Below are positions 34,712 to 45,566 of a DNA stretch of 64,000 bases, in pieces. A program made the translations under genes and the position numbers. The notes under the pieces were generated by a model. The model made no database searches. It had not been told where the DNA came from and saw nothing but the letters and a program-made list of their open reading frames with translations. This DNA is from an uncultured Chloroflexia bacterium. Its GTDB lineage: Bacteria; Chloroflexota; Anaerolineae; CG2-30-64-16. The DNA lies in NCBI GenBank assembly GCA_963774265.1, contig CAVZDU010000005.1, positions 96,001 to 160,000 on the forward strand, written 5' to 3'. Each line of letters starts with the position of its first letter. Positions within the stretch are counted from its first letter, which is position 1.

Positions 34712-35689
34712 TCAGTCTCGGCGTGTGATGTACGGAATGTGCAAGCTCTTGCTCGCCTTGCGCTTGACTTCGTCGCCGCGCCGGTCATAGTTGGCGGTCG
34801 TCGTCGGGCTGCTGTGGCCCATTAGCTTTTGCACCGTAACTAGGTCGTTACCATTATCTAGCAGGTTGCCCGCGAAGGTGCGTCGGAAGTCATGCCAGCT
34901 GAGCGGTGCGACGCCGGCCTGCTCGCGGCGCTTCTGTAGCATTTGCGCCAGCGCTTCGTCGCTCGGACCGTGCCCGGCGTCGATCGCGCCGCCCTTATTG
35001 ATCGCATAGAATAGCGGCCCTGCGGCGTCGCCGCGCAGGGCCAGCCAGTCGGCCAGATAGCTTGCGGCGCCATTGAAGACATAGACGACGCGCGGCTTCT
35101 GGCCCTTGCCGAAGATGTGCAGATCGCCTTCGTTGGCGCCCGTATTGATGTAGTCAGCTCGCTTCAGGCCGGCCAATTCGGACCGGCGCGCGCCGGTCGA
35201 CCAGCCCAGGGCGATGATTGCCGCGTCGCGGGCGCCTGCGGGCGACGGATCGTTGACGCAGGCTTCCAGCAGCGCCTTGACTTCGCCGGTCGTGATATGC
35301 CGGCCCTTCTGTGTGCGCTCGCCGCGCACGTCGCGCACGCCAGCGACGCGCTCGGCTTGGGCGACGATCTCGGCACGCTCAGCGCGTTCTTTGTCGTCGC
35401 GGGCGGGTCGATCTTGCGCCTTGTCGGACAGCCGGCGCGCATACCAGCGGATCGCGGCCAGCGTGCGGTTGATCGTTCTTGGCGCCTTGCCGGCCTGCTG
35501 AAGCTCGGCCGCGTAGGATTCGACCAGCAGCTTTGACAATGGCCGGCTGCCGCGCCAGGTCTCGAAGGTGTGCAGATCGCGCAGATAGCCGCGCTTCGTG
35601 TTCAGCGACCGCAGGCGCGGGTCGCTCTCTAGCTCGGCAGCGATGCGCTGAAGGGCGTCATTCTCGATAACGGTCAGGCTTGCGGTCAT
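34712..35689 (-). CDS. Tyrosine recombinase (XerD-like)
   Basis: RDAAII...TGARRSEL, GKG, HDFRRT, LMGHSSPTTTANYDRR. Confidence 0.95.
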   Translation of the reverse strand: MTASLTVIENDALQRIAAELESDPRLRSLNTKRGYLRDLHTFETWRGSRPLSKLLVESYAAELQQAGKAPRTINRTLAAIRWYARRLSDKAQDRPARDDKERAERAEIVAQAERVAGVRDVRGERTQKGRHITTGEVKALLEACVNDPSPAGARDAAIIALGWSTGARRSELAGLKRADYINTGANEGDLHIFGKGQKPRVVYVFNGAASYLADWLALRGDAAGPLFYAINKGGAIDAGHGPSDEALAQMLQKRREQAGVAPLSWHDFRRTFAGNLLDNGNDLVTVQKLMGHSSPTTTANYDRRGDEVKRKASKSLHIPYITRRD

Positions 35690-35746
35690 GGTGTTTACTC
35701 CTTGGCGCTTGCGCTTGTCTTCTTACAAGTTAGATTATCACTAGCG

Positions 35747-35774
35747 ATTATAACACAGAACAGGCGCCTGTCAA
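35747..35774 (-). promoter_or_regulatory. Consensus promoter for the tyrosine recombinase operon
   Basis: Minus strand TTGACA-16 bp-TATAAT with an extended TG; inverted repeat ggcgcctg/caggcgcc (35763-35788) overlaps the -35. Confidence 0.8.
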
Positions 35775-35804
35775 GTCGACCAGGCGCCCGTAAAAGCTCC
35801 GACT

Positions 35805-35833
35805 TTGCCCTTATCGGCCTTTAGTCTTACAAT
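35805..35833 (+). promoter_or_regulatory. Element-encoded outward promoter pointing at pheS
   Basis: TTGCCC-17 bp-TACAAT, 60 bp inside attR. Confidence 0.65.
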
Positions 35834-35876
35834 TCGCAAGCTCAAAACGCGCCGCGATGGCGTAAGGCATTGTATC

Positions 35877-35914
35877 TATTGTCAATGGGAAGCTGTGACG
35901 GAGGGCGCGTTTTG
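35877..35914. other. attR junction (element arm tattgtcaatgggaag, CT core at 35893-35894, then the 3' half of the T-box terminator)
   Basis: gacggagggcgcgt pairs with acgcgcacttcgtc at 22776-22789 and is followed by TTT. Confidence 0.88.
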
Positions 35915-36016
35915 CGTTAAGAGGGGCTTTCCCAATCGCAAAGCCACAAACAAGCACAAAGATCACAAAGGACGTCGAACTGTTCATGCGAGGCGTAGTA
36001 TGTCGGAGGTGTCAGT

Positions 36017-37069
36017 ATGCACGATAACCTGAGCAAGCTGCAGGCTGAGGCGCTGGAGGCGCTGGCCGCGGCGACGGAGGCGGACGCGCTCGAAGCGTGG
36101 CGCGTGCGCTATCTGAGCCGAAAGGGCGGCGCGTTGTCTGCGGCCATGGATGTGATCGGCAAGTTGCCGCGCGAGGAACGACCCGCATACGGCCAGGCGG
36201 CCAACGAGGTGAAGGCCAGCCTGGAAGAGGCGTTCGGCGCACGGCAGGAAGCGCTGAAGCAGGAGGCTCTGGCCGCGGAGCTCGCCGGTGGGATCGTGGA
36301 TGTCACGCTGCCCGGCCGGCCGCCCAGCATCGGCCACCTGCACATCACGACGCAGAACCTGCGCGAATATCGAGCCGTCTTTGCGGAGATGGGCTTCGAG
36401 GTCTACGACGCGCCGGATGTCGAAACGGACGAGAACAACTTCGGCCTGCTGAACATTCCGCCTTACCACCCGGCTCGCGATATGTGGGACACCTTCTGGG
36501 TCAGCCAGGACGTGCGGCCCGATCCGGGACAGCGCACCTTGGTGATGCGCACACACACCAGCCCGGGCCAGATTCGCGCGATGCGGGAGCGCTGCCCCGA
36601 GCCGATCCGCGTCATTCTGCCGGGCAAGTGCTACCGCTACGAGCAGATTACGGCGCGTTCGGAGCACCAGTTCTACCAGATCGAAGGGTTGGCGGTGGGC
36701 AAGAACATCCGCCTGACCGATCTGATCGGCACCCTCAAGCAGTTCGCTGTGAAGATGTACGGCGCAGGCGAGCTGCGGGTGCGCGGCAGCTACTTCCCCT
36801 TCACTGAGCCGAGCATCGAGGCCGACATGAATTGCGTTCTGTGCGACGGGAAGGGGTGCGGCGTATGCAAGTATACCGGCTGGCTGGAGATCGCCGGCGC
36901 GGGTATGGTGCACCCGGTCGTGCTGCGGAACGGCGGCTACGACCCCGACGTGTTCACCGGCTTCGCGTTCGGCATGGGTGTCGAGCGGCCGGCCATGCTG
37001 CGGCATGCAATCAGCGACATCCGGTATTTTTACTCGAACGACCTGCGTTTTCTCGGGCAGTTCGGTTGA
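36017..37069 (+). CDS. pheS: Phenylalanine--tRNA ligase alpha subunit
   Basis: HPARDMWDTF, RTHTSPGQ, FYQIEGL, YFPFTEPS, GFAFGMGVER. Confidence 0.98.
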   Translation: MHDNLSKLQAEALEALAAATEADALEAWRVRYLSRKGGALSAAMDVIGKLPREERPAYGQAANEVKASLEEAFGARQEALKQEALAAELAGGIVDVTLPGRPPSIGHLHITTQNLREYRAVFAEMGFEVYDAPDVETDENNFGLLNIPPYHPARDMWDTFWVSQDVRPDPGQRTLVMRTHTSPGQIRAMRERCPEPIRVILPGKCYRYEQITARSEHQFYQIEGLAVGKNIRLTDLIGTLKQFAVKMYGAGELRVRGSYFPFTEPSIEADMNCVLCDGKGCGVCKYTGWLEIAGAGMVHPVVLRNGGYDPDVFTGFAFGMGVERPAMLRHAISDIRYFYSNDLRFLGQFG

Positions 37070-37104
37070 TCTGCGGGTTGCAGGCTGAAAGTTGAAGGTT
37101 GACC

Positions 37105-39597
37105 ATGAAACTACCACTGAGTTGGCTGAAAGATTACGTCGATATCACCATGACGCCCGAGGCATTGGCGGAAAGGCTCACGTTGGCCGGGCTGGAGGTC
37201 GAATCGATTACGAAGATCGGTGAGTTCTGGGACCGCGATAAGATTTTCGTGGGTCAGATTCTTGAGGTGGTGCGCCACCCGGACGCGGAGCGGCTAACCC
37301 TCGTACGCGTCGACTACGGCGCGGCGCAGCCCATGACCGTCGTTACCGGCGCGCCCAACATGATGCCCTACATCGGACAGGACCTGTCCGGCGGCAAGGG
37401 GCCCAAGGTCGCGTACGCGATGTCGGGCGCGCGGTTGGTCGACGGCCACAGCGAAGAGCGCAAGATCGTGCGGTTGAAGCCGAGCAAGATTCGCGGGGTT
37501 GTCTCCGAGGGCATGGTCTGCTCGGAGAAGGAGCTGGACCTCAGCGACAGCCACGAGGGCAACCTGGTGCTGCCCGACGATGCGCCGGTGGGAATGCCGT
37601 TGTTCGATTACATGGGCGATGTCGTGCTCGACTATGACGTCAAGGGCGCGATCGCGCACTTGCAGTGCATCTATCGGCATCGGCGCGGGAGGTGTCCGCC
37701 ATGACGGGGCAGCCGCTGCGCCGGGACGTGATGACGATCCTGGAACGGGAACCGGTGGCGATCACGCCGCGATGCGGATTTCACCGGCATCGAGATCGAA
37801 GCCCCGGACTTGTGCCTGCGCTACTCGGCCGCGTTGATCGAGGGCGTGAAGGTCGGGCCTTCGCCCATGTGGATGCAACAGCGCCTGCTGCGCGCGGGGA
37901 TGCGCCCCATCGATAACGTCGTTGACGTGACGAACTACGTGATGCTCGAGCTGGGGCAGCCGTTGCACGCGTTCGACTACGACTTGTTACGCCAGCGCGC
38001 AGGGGGTGGCCGGCCCACGATCATCATGCGCCGCGCCCATCCCGGCGAGCGTCTGAAAACGCTCGACGGCCAGGACCGGCAGCTCGACCCCGAAATGCTG
38101 ATGATCACCGACACCGCGGGCTCCATCGCGGTGGCCGGGGTGATGGGCGGCGCGGATACCGAGGTCAGCGCTGGCACGAGCACTATTCTGCTCGAGTCGG
38201 CCAACTTCAACTTCCTGAGCATTCGACGGACCGGCCAGATGTTGGGGCTGCGCAGCGAGGCAGGTAGTCGCTTCGGCAAGCGGGTGGACCCGGAACTGAC
38301 GGTCAAGGCGCTGGCGCGTGCGTGCCAGTTGCTGGAGCAGCTGGCCGGCGGTAAGGCGCGGCCCCTCTACGGCGACAACTACCCAGGCAAGACCGGCGCG
38401 AATCAGATCGAGCTCGACCCAAGCTATGCCAACCGGCTGCTCGGCGTGGATCTGCCCGCGGCTGAGATGGCCCGCATCCTGAGGGCGCTTGAATTCATCG
38501 TGGAAAGCTCGGGCCCGGTCCTCAGCGTTGGCGTACCCAGCCACCGGCAGGATGTGAATATCCCGGCTGACCTGGTGGAGGAGATCGGGCGCATCTACGG
38601 TTACGACCGGCTGCCGAGCACCCTTCTGGAAGACGAGTTGCCGCGGACCCCGCGCAACGTGGCTCTTGAGGCTGAGGAGAAGGTGCGCGACGTGCTGGTC
38701 GGGTGTGGGTTGGACGAGGTGATCACCTACTCGATGGTCGATGTGCGCGACGAGGCCAAGTGGCTGGGCGAGGCGACCACAGCCCTGCAGCCGCACGTAA
38801 CGGTGTTGAACCCGCTGTCGGCTGAGCGCGGCCATCTGCGCGTGACGCTGCTGCCGTCTTTGATCGAGACCGCGCAGGCAAATCTACGGTTCGGCGAACG
38901 GGTTGCGATCTTCGAGATCGGCCGCGTGTATCTGCCACGGCCCGATCAGACGCTACCTGCCGAGCCGCGGCGGCTGGCTGTCCTGCTCGTTGGCCCGCGA
39001 GAGGCCGGGACCTGGTTGGGACACGATGCGGAGCCAATGGGCTTTTTCGATCTCAAGGGTGTGGCCGAGACGTTGTTGCTCCGCCTCGGGCTGACGAATG
39101 TGGCCTGGGAGCGAGGCAGCCACCCGACGATGCACCCCGGGCGAACCGCACAGATTGTCGTCAACGGCATAGCCGTGGGCATGCTGGGCGAGTTGCATCC
39201 GCGGGTGCGAGTCGCGTTCGACCTACCAAACCTGCCCGTTGCAGCAATGGAACTGGATCTCGAAGCGTTGCTCTCCGGTTGGGGCGCAAAGCAAGAGATG
39301 TCTGACTTCTCGTCCCAACCGGCCGTGTTTGAGGACCTGGCGTTGATCGTGGACGAGAGCGTGCCTGCCGCCCAGGTGGCCAGCCTGATTCGCCAGACGG
39401 GCGGGAAGCTGCTGGTCGATCTACGATTGTTCGACGTGTATCGCGGCGGGCAGGTGGCGCAGGGAAAGAAGAGCCTTGCTTACTCGCTCACCTTCCAGGC
39501 GCTGGACCGGACGCTGACCGCAGAGGACACCGCAAAAGCGCGGCAGAAGATCGTGGCGCGGCTGGAGCGGGAGGCGGGCGCGACGCTGCGCGCATGA
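37105..39597 (+). CDS. pheT: Phenylalanine--tRNA ligase beta subunit (indels near 37670-37780)
   Basis: [59 protein letters not shown]...KKSLAY. Confidence 0.95.
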
Positions 39598-39850
39598 TAG
39601 CGATCGAGTGAACTCGAGATGAGAGCCTCCGCGAACAGGTCGTTCCGGAGGCTCTTGTGCAATTTGCCCCACTAGGACTACCTCGGCAACAATTCAGTTG
39701 ATCCAACGCTCCTGTTTGCATCTTATTAATCCCCTTGTTACAATGAGAACGAAGTAAATATCCCCATCTTGAAAAATCGAAATACCCCATCTCGATCCGA
39801 AAACCAGTCAGGCTTTGGACGCCTAAAACATTTATTCCAAGGGAGGCGGC

Positions 39851-41671
39851 ATGTTCAAGGGAATCATCATCCGTCTGCGTCTGGTGGCGTTCCTCATCGT
39901 GGTGCTGGCTATTGGGCCAGGCTCAGCGCCAATCGCCGTTGCCGCGCAAGCAAATGGCCAGACGGCGCCATCTGGTCCTTTGGCGTCGACGAAGGCCACA
40001 CCGCCAGTAGTGGCAGCAGGGGAATCATCCGACCCGTACTACAGCGTCCAAACCATCACGCTCAGTGACGGCACACAGGTGGATCGGACGACGATCAATG
40101 GCCCGGCCAAGCCGCCGCCAGGTTACGAACTCGAGCGCGCACCCGTGGCGGCGTCTGGGCTCAACAGGCCGGGGGTTGCCTCCAGCCTGACCGTTCCAGC
40201 ATACAACTGGGTCTTCGGATGTGGCGCCGTCTCAGGCGCGATGATCGGCGCGTACTTCGACCGAAACGGGCTTCCGGACATATACACCGGTCCTACGAAC
40301 GGCGGCATCATGCCGATGGATAACAGCATCTGGCCGAAATGGACGGACAGCGTTGGCGTCACCTATCCCGGAAACCCACTTGTGGCTTCACGCAACGGAT
40401 CGGATGGCAGGACAATTCGCGGCTCTATCGACGACTACTGGGTGGCTGATGGGAGCACTGCCCCAGATCCCTACCTTACGGGTGGGTGGGCGCAACACGC
40501 TTGGGGCGATGCATTTGGCGACTACATGAAGACCAGCCAATCCGCCTACGGCAATGCAGACGGCTCGTCAGTCCTTTACACCTGGACGTCATCCGCAGCG
40601 CCGCTGATGTGTGCGCAGATGGTGTCAGACGGTATTGCGGACGAAGATGCCACCTATGGACGCAAGCTGTTCTACGAGGCGCGCGGCTATTCAGTGACTG
40701 AATGCTACAACCAAAAAACCGATAACAATGGCGGTGGATTCTCCTTTGCAAACTACAAGGCGCAGATCGATGCAGGTTATCCCGTTTTTCTCATGCTTAC
40801 AGGGCACTTTGTGGTTGGCGTCGGCTATGCCGATCCGTCAACGGTCTACCTGAATGACACGTGGGATTATCTGACGCACTCGATGACCTGGGGCGGGTCC
40901 TATTCAGGCCGGCTGCTACTGGCCGTCGGCATCGTGAATCCGGCCGTGCCCACAATACCCACGCCGACAATCACCGGGCTCGTTCCCGCCTCCGCGACAC
41001 CGGGCGGTCCGGCCTTCACGCTGACCGTCAACGGCACGAACTTTGCCAACAATTCGGTGGTGCGTTGGAACGGTGCGGACCGCGTCACGACGTATGTGAG
41101 CAGCACACGGCTGACGGCGACAATCACTGCAGCAGATATTGCTACGACTTCAACGGCCAGCATCACTGTCTTCAACCCGGCGTCTGGCGGCCGCACATCG
41201 AATGCGGTGCTGTTCCCCGTGAGCACGCAGCGCAAGGTCTATCTGCCGCAGACCGTCAAAGGCCTGACAGGGCCTCAGCCCGGTTACTGGCGGGATGACC
41301 TGCGCCTGGAATTCTATGTGACCTCAGACCGGAAGTACGTGGACGATTTCGCAATCTACATTACCGGCGACTGTGGAGATTACAAGATCACACACGTCGT
41401 GCCAGAACCGATCTCCGGCAATGCGTTCACCTTCAGCGGGCCGTTCTATGGGTCCGGCACGTTTTCGTCGACGACTGCTGCCAACGTGACCGCGGGGCTC
41501 AGCAATTTCTACATCGATGGATGTGGTTTTATCAGCGGCGGGCCCTGGTCTTCGACTGCGACCTGGCGATATGCTGCAGCGGCGATGGGTGCACCAGGCA
41601 GCGGCGCCGGCATCAATGCCGCGGAACCGGCGACCGGCATGCCTGGCCTGGAGGTGATACGTGTAAAGTAA
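39851..41671 (+). CDS. Secreted papain-like (C39/C10-like) cysteine peptidase with an IPT/TIG domain
   Basis: Signal peptide; [17 protein letters not shown] (Cys), GHFVVGVGY (His), YLNDTW; [12 protein letters not shown] motif; KVYLPQTVK. Confidence 0.7.
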   Translation: MFKGIIIRLRLVAFLIVVLAIGPGSAPIAVAAQANGQTAPSGPLASTKATPPVVAAGESSDPYYSVQTITLSDGTQVDRTTINGPAKPPPGYELERAPVAASGLNRPGVASSLTVPAYNWVFGCGAVSGAMIGAYFDRNGLPDIYTGPTNGGIMPMDNSIWPKWTDSVGVTYPGNPLVASRNGSDGRTIRGSIDDYWVADGSTAPDPYLTGGWAQHAWGDAFGDYMKTSQSAYGNADGSSVLYTWTSSAAPLMCAQMVSDGIADEDATYGRKLFYEARGYSVTECYNQKTDNNGGGFSFANYKAQIDAGYPVFLMLTGHFVVGVGYADPSTVYLNDTWDYLTHSMTWGGSYSGRLLLAVGIVNPAVPTIPTPTITGLVPASATPGGPAFTLTVNGTNFANNSVVRWNGADRVTTYVSSTRLTATITAADIATTSTASITVFNPASGGRTSNAVLFPVSTQRKVYLPQTVKGLTGPQPGYWRDDLRLEFYVTSDRKYVDDFAIYITGDCGDYKITHVVPEPISGNAFTFSGPFYGSGTFSSTTAANVTAGLSNFYIDGCGFISGGPWSSTATWRYAAAAMGAPGSGAGINAAEPATGMPGLEVIRVK

Positions 41672-41758
41672 ACTGACCTGCCAATCGTGAACGGGGCCAG
41701 CATCTATAAGCCCAAACATCCGTTTGTTTGATTTAGATATGCCCCACACAGGTAACGA

Positions 41759-44700
41759 ATGTTCATCAAGTTCAGCCTCTCGACGGCTCTACTGATACTC
41801 GCGCTCGTTTTTCCTGGCCGATTGGCAGCATCTACGCCCGGTGGCGTGGTCAACAGCGACCGCGGCTGGAGGACCGTTCGCCGCGCATCAGATCATCGAG
41901 CCGCCGAGCGGGACCGGCACGCCGTCGGGCACGGTCACCGATGGCGGCGACAGCACCCCCCTGTCCGGCGCGTCCGTGAGCCCCTATCCTTCAGGCGGCG
42001 ATGTGCTGGAGGCGCAAACTGCAGCGCAGGACTTCGCGCTGGATGCGATCGCGCCGGTGACCGACCTGAGTATTACACGGTCCGGTACGGACGCGCAGCT
42101 GAGTTGGAGCGTGCCGGGTGACGAAGTAGAGAGCTATGAGCTGTGGCGCGGCACAACGCCCTACTTCGTTGCCGCTCCGGTCGACGGCGAGGCCACTCCA
42201 GTTGACATGGAAATGTGTGCCCTCATAGGGGATACGATCACCTGCACCAATGCAGCCGCGATCGGTGATCCGGCGGTCAATTACTTCTACCTGGTGCTGG
42301 CCGTCGGCGCGAGCGGCGATCGATCCGTGCCATCGAATCGTGTTGGCGAGTTCGATTTTGCTTTGGAGCAGGGAGGCGGGGGAGCCACGGAACCCACCCT
42401 GACACCGACCGAGACGTCGACCCTGACGCCTACTGACACGCCGACTGCACCGCTGCCGACCGACACGCCCACTGCGTCGCCGACCGATACGGCCACGCCA
42501 ACCGCGACACCGACTGCGCCGGTGCCGACTGACACGCCCACGCCGACCGAGACATCGACCGATGCGCCCACTGCCACAGCGACCACGACACCGACTGCAA
42601 CCCATACGCCGACTGTTACACCGACCGCGACCGAAGCCCACACCTACTGGTATGTGGACAATGCTGCTCATGGCGCCAACAACGGCACGTCGTGGAGAGA
42701 TGCCTGGGAGTCGTTTGCCGATATTGACTGGGGAACTGGCGGCGTGACATCGGGAGATACGCTCTACATTTCGGGTGGGTCCAGTTCAAAGACATACTAT
42801 GAGATGTTGGCCGTGGGAGCCAGCGGAGGCGCAGACCACCTTATTACCATCGACGTGGGCGCCAACAGTCCTTCACCTTCCGGGCACGAGGGTGCGGTCA
42901 TCATTGATGGCGAATCATCCCGTCACGCCGGCATCTACATTAACGGCAAGGCGTACATCCGGATCAACGGGCTGAGCAGATCGGACTACAAGCTGCTGGT
43001 GCGGAATCATGTTACTGATACTACAGGATCAGTTGACATTAACAATGCATCTTACGTACATGCAGACTATATTAAGATCGACATCGCCACAGATCGCGGC
43101 GTCTTTTTGGATAATGCCGACCACAGCCGCGTACGAGGTTGCGATATCCGCACTGGATCGGTCAGCAACGCCACTGAAACAGACGGAGTCTATGCCCAAT
43201 TCGGCAATGACAATGTGGTGGAGGACAACGTGGTTGTTTTGGGCAATAGCGGCACCAACCATAATGATGCGCTGCAGGCGGCCAACGGCGAAAACCGGCT
43301 CATCGTGCGCAATAACTGGTTGGAATGGACCAACGGGCGCGGCAACTCGCTAAGCCAGGGATTCATCATCGAAGATTCCAGTGACTGGGTGTACTTCTAC
43401 AATAACGTCGTGCTCGGCAGTTCCGAGAACCCCTACCAGGCCGCGCTATTCAAGGAGGCAGACCCAGGCGGCATTTATTACATCTGGAACAACACTATCG
43501 TTGCGCAGCACCCGACGGGTGTGGCGTTGAACCTGCTCAACTGCACCGATGACGAGATCGGCGAGATCAAGAACAACCTCATCATCAGCCCCGGGCATTA
43601 CGCGATTTTCAGTCTCGAGGCTCCCATGGCCAGCAAGGTGGACTACAACGATCTGTACACGGGCGGCCAGTATATCGCCTATATCAATGGCTCCAAGACC
43701 TGGGCGCAATACCGGGCAGAGGGATACGACGCTCATGGCTACAACCTGTATCCATATTACGACACCAGCGATGGATACCGGCTGACCGGCTCTTCGGCCT
43801 GTTGTATCGACAGCGGCGCCACCCTCAGCTCTCATTTCAACACGGATCGCGACGGATTGACCAGGCCAATCGGGCTGGCTTGGGACATCGGCGCTTACGA
43901 GTATGAGGCCACATCGACCCCGGCGCCGACCGACACGCCGACTGCGACGCCGACCTTCACACCAACCGCAACGCCGATTGCGACGCCGACCGACACACCG
44001 ACCACAACGCCAACCGCAACGCCGACCGTCACGTCCACAGCGACGCCGACCGTGCCGCCGCCGACGGACGCACCAACTGTGCCACCGACCGACACACCGA
44101 CTGCGACACCGACCGTGCCGCCGCCGACCGTCACGTCCACAGCGACGCCGACCGTGCCGCCGCCGACGGACGCACCAACTGTGCCACCGACCGACACACC
44201 GACTGCGACGCCGACCACGCCGACGACGGACACGCCGACTGTGCCGCCGCCAACCGATACACCCACTCTGCCGCCGCCGACCGAGACCCCAATCGTACCG
44301 CCGCCGCCGACCGCTGTGGCGCCTGATTCTGCGCCCGCAGGCGGCTCTGCCGTCCTGGCGGGACTCGAAGCTGGCAGCGGCGCCGAGGAGGGCTACGGTG
44401 CGCGATCGTCTGCGGCGCGTCCGGCAGCCTGTGCGGCTGGAACTCCGGCTCCTTTCTCCCGGTTCAGCTACTTCCCCCTGGTGTGGCAGGGCTGGAATGG
44501 TCCGCAGCCTCTGCCGAATCTCGTCGTGGACCACGTCTCCTTGAGGATGCGCGGATATGACGGCAGTTGTGTCACGAAATGAATGTACTGGTCATGATGG
44601 CCTGTATTCGGAATCAGGGGCTGGGGGATGCGGGGCCTTTCAGGATCGCCGTCGATGAGTTGGATTGCGGTAGATTTCCGGGCCTTGAGAAGGGATGGTC

Positions 44701-44770
44701 CCTATCCCAACCCCACCGATCCTGTGCACCGCAACTCCGACACCGGGTGCTGCCCCCACCAGGAGGTTGA
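41759..44770 (+). CDS. Secreted right-handed beta-helix (pectin-lyase-like) protein with PT-rich linkers; frameshifts near both ends
   Basis: Signal peptide in the 41759 frame and main ORF 41841-44582. Motifs: [30 protein letters not shown] repeats, DRDG..R..WDIGAYE. A CARDB-like start (PNLVV) continues as IRNQG...AGPF in the 44567 frame. Confidence 0.7.
43910..44312 (+). repeat. Pro/Thr low-complexity linker with a ~102-bp tandem duplication (a second PT linker lies at ~42390-42640)
   Basis: [29 protein letters not shown] occurs twice. Confidence 0.8.
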
Positions 44771-44894
44771 CGGGACGGTGAGCGGGGGCGGCATCTTTGA
44801 GCCGGGTGAGTAACGCCGCCTCAGCAGGGAGATTGCCACCCACCTTGTGTCACACGCGTTTTTGGGACCGGCTTCAACGGCGCTCAGGCTCGAT

Positions 44895-45542
44895 CTATTC
44901 CTTTCCTGGCACCAGCCCGCGTTGGTACGCCGCGACTGCAGCCTGCGTGCGGTCTTCCACGCCCATCTTCTGCAGGATCGCGCTGACGTAGTTGCGCACG
45001 GTGCCGGGCGCAAGGTGCAACTGCTGGGCGATTTCCGGGTTGCTGTAGCCGCGGCAGATCAGCCGCAGCACGCCGAGTTCGCGTTCCGTGAGCACCTCGG
45101 CGGACGGTTTCAAGGGCTCCGCAGGTGCGACCATCTGCGCCAGCACCTTGCCGGCAATGGTTGGATCGAGAAACGTCTGCCCCGCCGCAGTCCCCTTGAT
45201 CGCGGCAATCAGAATGTCGCGCCGCGTGTCCTTGAGCAGATAGCCTGATGCGCCGGCGCGCATCGCGTCCAGCACCCAGGCATCGTCTGCGTAGGTGGTG
45301 AGGATCAGCACCCGGATGGCCGGACGGCGCGCCCGCAGCCGCGCGGTCGCCTGGACTCCGTTCATCACCGGCATCTTCAAGTCCATCAGGACGACATCCG
45401 GCTGCCGTTCTTCGGCCAGGGTCACCGCTTCTTCGCCGTGCCGCGCGACTCCCACGACCTCGATTTCATCGTCGGTGCTGAGGATGGCCTCCAGGCCGTC
45501 GCGGACGACGGTCTGGTCGTCACAGATTAGAACACGAATCAT
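44895..45542 (-). CDS. NarL/LuxR-family response regulator
   Basis: CDDQ, DVVLMDLKMP, GYLLKD, LTERE...GYSNPEIA...TVRNYVS. Confidence 0.95.
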   Translation of the reverse strand: MIRVLICDDQTVVRDGLEAILSTDDEIEVVGVARHGEEAVTLAEERQPDVVLMDLKMPVMNGVQATARLRARRPAIRVLILTTYADDAWVLDAMRAGASGYLLKDTRRDILIAAIKGTAAGQTFLDPTIAGKVLAQMVAPAEPLKPSAEVLTERELGVLRLICRGYSNPEIAQQLHLAPGTVRNYVSAILQKMGVEDRTQAAVAAYQRGLVPGKE

Positions 45543-45566
45543 CGGCGCCTTTCTCCAGGGGCACAG

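Larger units (their letters stand above)
22793..35894 (-). mobile_element. 13.1-kb integrated phage-satellite-like element
   Basis: Bounded by reconstructable att sites. All genes are on the minus strand: serine integrase, tyrosine recombinase, primase, terminase-like genes and small DNA-binding proteins. Confidence 0.9.

Noticed and set aside
22793-35894. Complete prophage, ICE or TIR transposon
   Set aside because: No structural, lysis, relaxase or T4SS genes were recognised. The terminal inverted arms flank a shared 2-bp core as expected for serine-integrase att sites, and there is no DDE transposase.
37660-37810. pheT as a pseudogene or programmed frameshift
   Set aside because: pheT is essential, and similar single-base indels hit clpB, the ABC ATPases, the radical SAM gene, the terminase and the giant gene. 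Sequencing error is the simpler explanation.
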